Source: Acidimicrobiia bacterium (lineage in GTDB: Bacteria; Actinomycetota; Acidimicrobiia; Spongiisociales; Spongiisociaceae). From it: DNA of 13,971 nt. Positions within the stretch are counted from its first letter, which is position 1, and each line of letters opens with the position of its first letter. The translations under genes were made by a program, and so were the position numbers. Below the pieces are notes generated by a model. The model saw nothing but the letters and a program-made list of their open reading frames with translations, had not been told where the DNA came from and made no database searches. Where the stretch lies: contig JBFGLM010000084.1 in the NCBI GenBank assembly GCA_041576165.1, positions 1 to 13,971 on the forward strand. The letters run 5' to 3'. Of the stretch, positions 6,937 through 13,971 are shown one piece after another.

Positions 6937-7665
6937 TCACCGCCGATGCCGCGTCAGGGCGAGGGTAACCCCGACTGCCAGCCCTCCCACGGCGACCGAG
7001 AGCGCAGAAATCCGGCGCTGGAGACGTTCCAGGAGGGCGTCACGTTCAGGGTCGCTACCAGCAAGGAGATGGCCTGGGAGGGCTCGCCTGACCGTGTTGT
7101 CGATGCGGTCGGAGGTGATCGGACCCCGAGCGGGCCGTGCCACAGCCGCCAGCAGCACTCTGGCATCGTCGCAATCGGAGCACGCCACGACCCCGTCGAG
7201 CTGTTCTCCGGGTCCTGAGATGACGCTCTGTGGGCGGGTCCGGGCCACCCGCGCTCGGGGCTCTTCTCGGATCCGTCCGGCCGGGGAGCTCGTGTCGTCA
7301 CCGTTGCTGGGTACGGGGGTGGGATCAACCGGGTCCTCGCCGTATTCCAGGGTGACATAAACAGACTCATCACCAGCCACCTCGGTCACGTGCACCACAA
7401 TCGCGGCACATACCACCAACTCCCGCCCGCAGCAGTCGACCGCAACCCCCGGCTGAACGATGACTGCATCCGAGGGCGGATCGGTGGATGCCACCCCCAG
7501 TCCGCACACCGTGCCGTAGCCATGAAGTCGGTTGTGGGCGTGATTCTTGTCGAGGAGATAGCCCTGTTCGGCTTCGAGGTCCTCCGCGGTCAAGAGTTTG
7601 CCGTCAAAGAACCGGTTACGTTCGACCCGTCGATCTCGGGGGCAAGGTGACTCGTGCTGGTTCAT
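6937..7665 (-). CDS. Hypothetical protein with eCIS/phage-tail-associated N-terminal domain and C-terminal TM anchor
   Basis: RNRFFDGKLLTAEDLEAEQGY...HNRLHGYGTVCGLGV...VQPGVAVDCCGRELVV pattern; ends LSVAVGGLAVGVTLALTRHRR; GGAG upstream of ATG 7665. Confidence 0.65.
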   Translation of the reverse strand: MNQHESPCPRDRRVERNRFFDGKLLTAEDLEAEQGYLLDKNHAHNRLHGYGTVCGLGVASTDPPSDAVIVQPGVAVDCCGRELVVCAAIVVHVTEVAGDESVYVTLEYGEDPVDPTPVPSNGDDTSSPAGRIREEPRARVARTRPQSVISGPGEQLDGVVACSDCDDARVLLAAVARPARGPITSDRIDNTVRRALPGHLLAGSDPERDALLERLQRRISALSVAVGGLAVGVTLALTRHRR

Positions 7666-7925
7666 ACCTCTCCATCCATCGCGCTGGGAGAAGCCTCGCA
7701 TGCACAGACATTCCGAGGTGGCGTATCTGATACGCACAGTCGGCTCGGCACGTTGGGCTGGACGCGGGGCGTTTGCCCCCAGAGACGGGCCGCTCGAGAC
7801 CTGGAACAGCCGGACGATCCCAGCGTGCGGGCTGCAGCCGGCCGCCGCAGACGAGTCTGCCAGGCTGACTCGGTGATGAACCTACGAGCTGGAAAACCGG
7901 CATTCGCGTTGAATGGACACCCACT

Positions 7926-8480
7926 ATGAGCGATCATCTCGACCGGCTCAGGTCGCGACTGCGAGCACTACAGGTGACATCGCCACCCTCGCCCTGGCGG
8001 CACGTCGGTGCGTTCGCCGTTGGCGGTCTGCTCTGCGCCGGGACCGCCTCTCTGGCGCTGGATCGGGAGTTCGTGATGGTGGTCTCGTCGAGTGGCCGGG
8101 GAGTATTCGACGCGGCTACCGGGGAAAAAGTCGCGCGGGATCGCGCGGGCCCCGAGGACAGCGAGCTAGATGAGCTCGGTCTTACCGTGGCCGGGATAGG
8201 GCCGCTGGCCGGGCGTCGAATCCGGGTCGCCGGGATCTGGGGAGGGGGACTGCCTTCAACGACGTCGGATGGGTGGAGCGTCACGGTGGTGGCACCTGAT
8301 TGGCCGCTTGAGATGGTGGTTTTGGAGCGGCCCGGGGCTTGGGTGATGTCTGAGCGGCTGGCGACGGGCTGCGTACTCATCGACCGACCCGTGAGCGAGA
8401 TCAGAGCCGTCGGATTCTCAGAATCGGGCCGCGTTCTGGTCGAAGCCACCGCGTCCGACCTGGCGCTGTTTGTGCGGTGA
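7926..8480 (+). CDS. Hypothetical beta-rich protein
   Basis: 184-aa ORF with protein-like composition (VVSSSGRGVFDAATGEKVARD, GIWGGGLP..TSDGW, RAVGFSESGRVL). No function recognised. Confidence 0.7.
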   Translation: MSDHLDRLRSRLRALQVTSPPSPWRHVGAFAVGGLLCAGTASLALDREFVMVVSSSGRGVFDAATGEKVARDRAGPEDSELDELGLTVAGIGPLAGRRIRVAGIWGGGLPSTTSDGWSVTVVAPDWPLEMVVLERPGAWVMSERLATGCVLIDRPVSEIRAVGFSESGRVLVEATASDLALFVR

Positions 8481-8785
8481 GTCGCCGATCCCGTCGTCTC
8501 GCCGGACATGTGATCCGCACCCATGCCCGCCCCAACGGATTGCCCTTCCTTCCCGGTCGGGCATAAGAACTGGCGAAGTGCTCCGGTCGGGCGGCGGGCT
8601 GCCCGAACGGGCCGCCCGCCGCCCCGCCTGCCAACCGCCGGCTGGAGACGCCGGGGCCGATGTGCCGGGACGGTATTCCTCTCGCAGGGACTAGCCACAT
8701 CTCGCGGCGGAGGAATGATGATCGAGCATGCGCACGCTACAGCCGATGACCACTCTCAGTGACGACCGTTCAGGGGGAAGCCATC

Positions 8786-8824
8786 ATGAGAACACACCGC
8801 TCCGGCCTGAGCTGGCACCAATGA
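8786..8824 (+). CDS. 12-aa upstream ORF MRTHRSGLSWHQ, translationally coupled to the protease
   Basis: AGGGGGAAG RBS at 8772-8780, ATG at 8786; its TGA (8822-8824) overlaps the protease ATG (8821-8823) as ATGA. Confidence 0.5.
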   Translation: MRTHRSGLSWHQ

Positions 8825-10545
8825 AACCGGTCGTTGCGCTCGCAGTCGTCATCACCCTGCTTGCACCGGTGGACGCGTCGCGCCCCGCCTCAGCGGACAC
8901 AGAGGACGCCGCAGTCGCGGTGATCGTGCGCGAGGCGAACCCAGGGTCCGATGCGGCAGAAGCTCTCGTCGAACAGGTAGGCGGCACCGTCGGCGACCAG
9001 ATCTCGATCATCGGCGGTTTCACCGCTACCGTGCCGGCTGCCGCACTCTCGGTGGTGGCTGCCAGCCCAGCAGTCATTTCCGCCACGGTTGACCACCAGG
9101 CCGCCGACCTCACTGCCGGATGGCAGGACGCCACCAACCTGGGCGACTTCGTCCCGAACGAATGGGACGGCTCGATGCTGCACGTCGGGTATCAACTCGG
9201 CGTCAACGAGTACTGGCGGGCCGGCTACACCGGCACGGGCGTCGGCGTCGCCCTCATCGATACGGGCGTGGCGCCGGTTGAGGGGCTTGCCGGCAACGGA
9301 AAACTGATCAACGGCCCGGATCTCTCGTTTGAGTCCCAGTCAGATGAGTTCCGTTACCTCGACACGCACGGCCACGGCACGCATCTGGCGGGGATCATCG
9401 CCGGACGCGACCCTGCTGCCCCCGCCGAACTCACGATCGACAACGCCGAGTCGTATTTCATCGGTGTCGCGCCGGACGCCCACCTGGTGAACGTGAAGGT
9501 GGCGGGTCATGATGGGGCCGTGGACGTTTCGCAGGTCATCGCCGCCATCGACTGGGTTGTCCAGCACAAGAACGACCACAACATCCGCATCGTCAATCTG
9601 GCGTTCGGCACCGACTCGAGCCAGGATCCGCGGGTCGACCCGCTGTCGTATGCGGTTGAGCAGGCCTGGAAGCAGGGCCTCGTGGTGATCGTTGCGTCCG
9701 GCAACGACGGTAACGCTGCCCCCGTCCGCAACCCGGCGACGAACCCCTACGTGATAGCGGTCGGCGCCATGGACGGCTACCGGCTGAGGGGCAAGGACAC
9801 TCAGCCCATTCCCGACTGGTCGAGCTGCGGAACGGACCGCACCGTAGACATCGTCGCCCCCGGCGCCTCGATCGTCAGCCTCCGCAGCCCCGGGTCACTC
9901 GCGGATGTCGATCACCCGGAAGCCCGGGTGGCCGATCGTTTCTTCCTCGGTTCCGGCACCAGCCAGGCTGCAGCTGCGGCGTCTGGCGCCGCTGCCTTGG
10001 TCTTGGAGCGGAACCCCGAATACTCGCCGGACGATGTCAAAGACGTGCTGATGGACAGCGCCGACACGTTCCGCAAGGTGTCAGCGGTCTGCCAGGGGTC
10101 AGGGAAGATCCGGCTCCACAGCGCATGGTGGGAGAACCCGGACGGCTCGAACCAACTTCATCTGGCTGCCACCGGTCTCGGTTCACTGGAGGCCTCGCGG
10201 GGATCGGATCACCTCGAGATGGATGGCGTGCTCCTGGAGGGCGAACAGGACATCTTCGGCAACACCTGGGACGCCGCCACCTGGACACTGGCGGCGGCTC
10301 AGGGTGGCAGCTGGTCGGGTGGCGATTGGAACGGAGCGACGTGGACGGGTGGATCTTGGTCCGGCGGTTCCTGGTCCGGCGCCAGCTGGTCGGGCGGCTC
10401 GTGGTCCGGCGGGTCCTGGTCGGGAATGACCTGGAGCAGCAATACGTGGTCCGGCGGATCCTGGTCCGGCGGATCGTGGTCGGGCACTAGCTGGTCGGGC
10501 GGCTCGTGGTCCGGCGGCTCCTGGTCGGGACTGAGCTGGGACTGA
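8821..10545 (+). CDS. Secreted S8 (subtilisin-family) serine peptidase with C-terminal Trp pentapeptide repeats
   Basis: Signal peptide MKPVVALAVVITLLAP...ASA, propeptide, catalytic motifs VALIDTG (Asp), HGHGTHLAG (His), ASGNDG (oxyanion Asn), GSGTSQA (Ser). Start uncertain (track gives 8728). Confidence 0.93.
   Translation: MKPVVALAVVITLLAPVDASRPASADTEDAAVAVIVREANPGSDAAEALVEQVGGTVGDQISIIGGFTATVPAAALSVVAASPAVISATVDHQAADLTAGWQDATNLGDFVPNEWDGSMLHVGYQLGVNEYWRAGYTGTGVGVALIDTGVAPVEGLAGNGKLINGPDLSFESQSDEFRYLDTHGHGTHLAGIIAGRDPAAPAELTIDNAESYFIGVAPDAHLVNVKVAGHDGAVDVSQVIAAIDWVVQHKNDHNIRIVNLAFGTDSSQDPRVDPLSYAVEQAWKQGLVVIVASGNDGNAAPVRNPATNPYVIAVGAMDGYRLRGKDTQPIPDWSSCGTDRTVDIVAPGASIVSLRSPGSLADVDHPEARVADRFFLGSGTSQAAAAASGAAALVLERNPEYSPDDVKDVLMDSADTFRKVSAVCQGSGKIRLHSAWWENPDGSNQLHLAATGLGSLEASRGSDHLEMDGVLLEGEQDIFGNTWDAATWTLAAAQGGSWSGGDWNGATWTGGSWSGGSWSGASWSGGSWSGGSWSGMTWSSNTWSGGSWSGGSWSGTSWSGGSWSGGSWSGLSWD
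10303..10542 (+). repeat. 16 x 15-bp coding tandem repeat (GGSWS pentapeptide)
   Basis: GGSWS GGDWN GATWT GGSWS GGSWS GASWS GGSWS GGSWS GMTWS SNTWS GGSWS GGSWS GTSWS GGSWS GGSWS GLSWD, ending at the stop codon. Confidence 0.95.
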
Positions 10546-10735
10546 GCTCCTCCTCGAGTCGTCGGGGCCGGAGGCTGCCAGCGCTCCGCCACACACGAGC
10601 CACGGCCAACCTGACTTTGTCTGTTGGTACGGAGCCAAACCCAGCCGGATTGTTGGCATGTCTCGAGCGCGTTCACGCAGGTTTCGCTTCGAGCCTCTCG
10701 ACTGAGACACACGAAATCCTCGGACTGGGAGCCCA

Positions 10736-10780
10736 CCATTTGTGATGGGCGGGGCCCCGGCGCCCGCCCATCACAAATGG
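10736..10780. terminator. Perfect 18-bp inverted repeat, probable bidirectional terminator
   Basis: CCATTTGTGATGGGCGGG-9 nt-CCCGCCCATCACAAATGG between the convergent S8 and SRPBCC genes. Confidence 0.7.
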
Positions 10781-10811
10781 CCCTGAGAATCGATGATGAC
10801 GTGATCCTGCG

Positions 10812-11309
10812 TCAACCCTCCACGTAGCGCTCGAGCAGCCGGCCACCGAATCGCCCAACAAGCTTTTCTCCGATGTCAACTAGCGCGTCGGCGAAGATCC
10901 CTTTGTTCAGATCGAGGTCTTCTGCCTGGAAATACTCGTCCCATGTGAGGGTCGTTCCTCCCGATGAAGGCTCAAGAGTCACCAGAGTCAGGCAGCTCGA
11001 CAGCCCAAAGGCATTGGGCTCCTCTGACATCGACGCCCACCCGCGAGGCGGCTCGTACCAGGAGAGGATCTCGCGGTGGAGCAAGGGCGCGCCCCCCTCC
11101 GTCACGGGCTTGAAGTGGCACACATACTCGGCGGCCGAACCGTCCGGCCCGTCGATCACTTCGACCTCTTCGAGCCCATAGCTGTACTCGGGGAACCGGC
11201 CGAGGTCGCCAACGAGGGCCCAAACGTCGGATACCGCAGCATCGAGTTCGACAGCAAGCCGATTGCGCAACGGGCTGCTGGTGTATGCGTCGCCTATAGC
11301 AGTGGTCAT
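10812..11309 (-). CDS. SRPBCC (polyketide cyclase/START-like) family protein
   Basis: VELDAAVSDVWALVGDLGRFPEY, REILSWYEPPR, VTLEPSSGGTTLTW and a C-terminal helix; GAGGA RBS. Confidence 0.85.
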   Translation of the reverse strand: MTTAIGDAYTSSPLRNRLAVELDAAVSDVWALVGDLGRFPEYSYGLEEVEVIDGPDGSAAEYVCHFKPVTEGGAPLLHREILSWYEPPRGWASMSEEPNAFGLSSCLTLVTLEPSSGGTTLTWDEYFQAEDLDLNKGIFADALVDIGEKLVGRFGGRLLERYVEG

Positions 11310-11476
11310 ATGTTCTCGTTCCTCTCTGAGCGCCGCGGTTGTCCCAACCCGGCGACTCTGTTTTCAACGGTTCACACCATCGCTGGTCTCAGCGGGGCCG
11401 CATGGCCTCCTGCCCCCGGTCGCGCGGCGGTTGCACCCGGTCGATCGCCCAGTGTCCTTGCTATCGTTGCTCACAC

Positions 11477-11494
11477 AAACCGGTTGACCGACCT
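11477..11494. promoter_or_regulatory. Putative TetR operator upstream of the SRPBCC gene
   Basis: AAACCGGTTGACCGACCT, 17/18 identical to 12173-12190. Lies downstream of a minus-strand TTGAAA-16-TAGCCT promoter candidate (11536-11509). Confidence 0.65.
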
Positions 11495-11532
11495 CTTTTT
11501 TGGCCGGAAGGCTACATGGCTGTTCCCACCTT

Positions 11533-12159
11533 TCAAGCCGAGTCAACCGGACTCGAAGTCCAGAGACCACCGTTGAGTAACTGACGGGCAGTGCCAACCA
11601 ACCGCTCGACGCTGACTCGGCCTGGCTCCCATGCCTCGAGCACCGTCGCCCCCAGCGAGAGTGCCGCGAGAAGTGCAGCCAGCGCTTCGGAGTCGACGTG
11701 GGGATCTAAAGCGCCCTCGTCGACTGCTCGGCGTACCAGTTCATCCACGGTCCTCCACCACGGATCCATCAGCCGCAGTTGGGTGTCCAACGCCCGGTCG
11801 TTTGTCAGTGCCTCTGCCCACAGGATGGCCGCCAGCCGCGCGTCACGGTTGCTTGGCGAATCGTGATTGAGCGCCAGCCCTGCCTCGACCAATCCGGCCA
11901 ATGCCTGGCTCGCCGAATCTCCCGCGAGGGCCGCACCATAGGTCTCCTCGTCGAGCGCCATCGAGCGTTCCCGAATACCGGCAACGATGTCGTTCTTCGA
12001 TTTGAAGTAGTGATACAGGGCGCCACTCGAGACACGCGCTTCCCGCCGGATGGTGGACAATGTTGCGCGCTGCATTCCAACGCGAGCAATCACCGACTCG
12101 GCGGCGTCGAGAATGGCATCCCGCCGGCTCTCGAGGTATTCAGGGCTCACCTTTGGCAT
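11533..12159 (-). CDS. TetR/AcrR family transcriptional regulator
   Basis: MPKVSPEYLESRRDAILDAA...ATLSTIRREARVSSGALYHYFKSKNDI HTH; GAGGA RBS before ATG 12159. Confidence 0.93.
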   Translation of the reverse strand: MPKVSPEYLESRRDAILDAAESVIARVGMQRATLSTIRREARVSSGALYHYFKSKNDIVAGIRERSMALDEETYGAALAGDSASQALAGLVEAGLALNHDSPSNRDARLAAILWAEALTNDRALDTQLRLMDPWWRTVDELVRRAVDEGALDPHVDSEALAALLAALSLGATVLEAWEPGRVSVERLVGTARQLLNGGLWTSSPVDSA

Positions 12160-12172
12160 GTCGTCCTCATAA

Positions 12173-12221
12173 AAACCGGTTAACCGACCTTTATATTGGC
12201 TGATCCGCAGGAGGGTGTCAA
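12173..12221 (-). promoter_or_regulatory. tetR promoter with overlapping autoregulatory operator
   Basis: Minus-strand TTGACA(12221-12216)-17 bp-CAATAT(12198-12193); operator AAACCGGTTAACCGACCT at 12173-12190 with palindromic core CGGTTAACCG. Confidence 0.7.
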
Positions 12222-12350
12222 TCCCCATTTCGCTCAGGCCCGATGTGTGGTTGCGCGGCTGTCCGCAAGTTCCGGGGCCCGGCCGGCCGATTGCGACCAG
12301 CGACCGGCGGGTCACCTTTCCGGCGTAGAGTTGGCGGACGGGAGGAATAT

Positions 12351-13286
12351 GTGAAGCGACACGTCACGTTCATTCACGGCATCGCCAACCAACCGAAACC
12401 GGAGCGCATGATCACCAGCTGGACGCGAGCATTGGCCGACGGCGGCGATGGCGTCGACCTCGACCTGTACGGCGTGACCACTTCAATGGTCTACTGGGCT
12501 GACATCATGTACGCCGATCCGAGCGACGCGACCCCCGAGCAGGAGTCCGTCGTGTTCGAAGGCGTAACAGCAGGTGAGATCGCCGACATCGACGAGGACT
12601 ACATCGCTCGGGCGCAAGGTGGCGAGCGGACATTCATCGATTCCATGGTCGGCACCTTCCACCTCGATGCCGACGAAAGCATCCCTCCGCCGTCGATCGA
12701 CGAGGTGGACGAGGCGATCGCCCATCTGCTCGAAGCCGTACCGCTCCCCTGGTTCGTCAAGAAGCCGTTGATGAAGATCTTTCTGCGCGACGTCCACCAC
12801 TATCTGTTCAACACCCCTCATTCGCCGCGCCCCGGTTCCGACTACATGGTGCAGGACGAAATCCGAAGCCGCTTCCTCGCAAACCTCGCGTCGGTCGATG
12901 CCGATCGGCATCTTGTGATCGCACACAGCATGGGCACGGTCATCTCGTACGACGTGCTCAAACGGGTGCCGGACAGCACCTCAGTCGACACGATCATCAC
13001 GCTGGGGAGCCCGCTCGGTCTGAGCGAGATCCAGGACCAGTTGAGCCCTGAGTGGTCGGCCGCCGATGGCTTTCCGGCCAAGGTCGTCGACTGGGTCAAC
13101 GTCGCCGATCGCCTCGATCCCGTCTGCGGCGCGGATCCCGACATCGCCAACGATTACCGGCGGGCCGATGAGCTCGCCGTGGAGGACGTGAAGGTGCGGA
13201 ACAGCGGCGCCTTCCGCCATCCGGTCAACAAATACCTGCGCCAGCCTCGAGTCCAGCAAGCCGTTCGAACTGCACTGCAACTGTGA
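12351..13286 (+). CDS. Alpha/beta-hydrolase fold protein (serine hydrolase)
   Basis: VTFIHGI oxyanion strand, nucleophile AHSMG, TLGSPLG, WVNVADRLDPV (Asp), late His in FRHP..KYL; GGAGG RBS before GTG 12351. Confidence 0.82.
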   Translation: MKRHVTFIHGIANQPKPERMITSWTRALADGGDGVDLDLYGVTTSMVYWADIMYADPSDATPEQESVVFEGVTAGEIADIDEDYIARAQGGERTFIDSMVGTFHLDADESIPPPSIDEVDEAIAHLLEAVPLPWFVKKPLMKIFLRDVHHYLFNTPHSPRPGSDYMVQDEIRSRFLANLASVDADRHLVIAHSMGTVISYDVLKRVPDSTSVDTIITLGSPLGLSEIQDQLSPEWSAADGFPAKVVDWVNVADRLDPVCGADPDIANDYRRADELAVEDVKVRNSGAFRHPVNKYLRQPRVQQAVRTALQL

Positions 13287-13295
13287 GGAGCGGGC

Positions 13296-13971
13296 GTGAG
13301 CTTTTTCGAAACACCGTTGGGCGAGGCACTCGAGACCGCGCTCGACTCGGGCAAGGACGAGGAGATCGCCGCCCGGGTCAACGACGTCCTCTCCGCCGTC
13401 TGGCCGAAACAGCTCGACGCCGACCAGATCCAGGATGTCGTCGTCAAACTGCAGCGCCGCGCCCAGTTCGGTCACGTCATCGCGATCGCCGACGCCGCGC
13501 TTGCGACGGACATGGCGACGATCGAAACGCGGCGACGCTACAGCCAGGCGCTGATCGAGCTCGGTGCGCTCCATGCCGCCGAGCTAGAGCTGAACCGCAT
13601 CCTGCTAGACGCCGAAGCGAGCCCGGACGAGCAGGGCGAGGCCCGCGGCCTTTTAGGCCGGCTGCGCAAGCAGCGGTACATCTTCGGCAACAGGGGTTCG
13701 GATCTACGGGATGCGATCCAGGTGTACAACGAGGCCTACGCAGGCTTTACCGATCCGATGTGGCATGGGGTGAATCTGCTCGCCCTGATGAAACGGGCCC
13801 AGCGTTACAACCAGCCGGTTCCGCCCGGCCTGCCGAACCTGGAAGAGCTGGCCGGGACGGTTCTGGCCTTCGTGCACCAAGTTCCGGATCTGCAGCGGGA
13901 CATCTGGACCCGGGCCACCGAAGTGGAAGCCCTCGTGGCGCAGGGCGATCTCGCCGCCGCCCAACAGGTAG
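13296..13971 (+). CDS. TPR-like helical protein (TPR-S / DUF4071-like), N-terminal part, runs off window
   Basis: Not in the ORF track. Open frame from GTG 13296 (GAGGAG RBS): MSFFETPLGEAL...RRRYSQALIELG...EARGLLGRLRKQRY...AIQVYNEAY...WHGVNLLAL...DIWTRATEVEALVAQGD. Confidence 0.75.
   Translation, partial: MSFFETPLGEALETALDSGKDEEIAARVNDVLSAVWPKQLDADQIQDVVVKLQRRAQFGHVIAIADAALATDMATIETRRRYSQALIELGALHAAELELNRILLDAEASPDEQGEARGLLGRLRKQRYIFGNRGSDLRDAIQVYNEAYAGFTDPMWHGVNLLALMKRAQRYNQPVPPGLPNLEELAGTVLAFVHQVPDLQRDIWTRATEVEALVAQGDLAAAQQV

Noticed and set aside
8481-8770. Possible riboswitch (e.g. c-di-GMP) upstream of the protease
   Set aside because: GC-rich hairpins exist (e.g. GATGTG/CACATC), but I could not find the conserved core of any riboswitch I know; an Rfam scan is needed.
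10303-10542. Repeat array as CRISPR or non-coding satellite
   Set aside because: 15-bp in-frame coding units with synonymous variation and no unique spacers.
10546-10735. Possible tRNA-Sec or other RNA gene in intergenic space
   Set aside because: No cloverleaf, UCA anticodon arm or T-loop signature recognised here or in the other gaps.
10736-10780. 18-bp inverted repeat as IS/MITE ends
   Set aside because: Only 9 nt between arms, no target-site duplication or transposase, and the position between convergent genes fits a terminator.
70-13964. Many long alternative-frame ORFs in the track (e.g. 3360-4037, 3943-4539, 4564-5181, 7934-8698, 12981-13574)
   Set aside because: They overlap better-supported genes, are Arg/Pro/Ser-rich shadow ORFs typical of high-GC DNA, and carry no recognisable motifs.

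Overview
GC-rich, gene-dense chromosomal window. The gene content (SLH protein, mycothiol-type MDMPI protein, leaderless-style promoters) suggests an actinobacterium, possibly Acidimicrobiia-like (inference). The left part (310-3402) is a metal/organometal cluster: DUF3237 and a MerB-like organomercurial lyase, divergent from a Cys-rich ArsR with two ATCGA-N6-TCGAT operators, then a MerR-type 19-bp-spacer promoter ahead of a thioredoxin-fold protein and a rhodanese-CBS fusion. The ORF track splits the fusion in two. It reads as one frame with two in-frame UGA codons (VY-U-HDGL-U-DMSPRAA) at cysteine positions of the rhodanese active-site loop, followed by overlapping SECIS-like hairpins, so it is probably a double-selenocysteine protein. 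The middle holds MDMPI, VOC, holin-like, GNAT and hypothetical genes plus an orphan eCIS-like domain. The right part has a secreted S8 protease with 16 Trp pentapeptide repeats, preceded by a 12-aa ORF that repeats the protease's own C-terminal SGLSW. It also has a TetR/SRPBCC pair sharing an 18-bp operator and an alpha/beta-hydrolase plus TPR-S-like gene pair running off the edge. All family calls come from motif recognition by eye; no searches were run.
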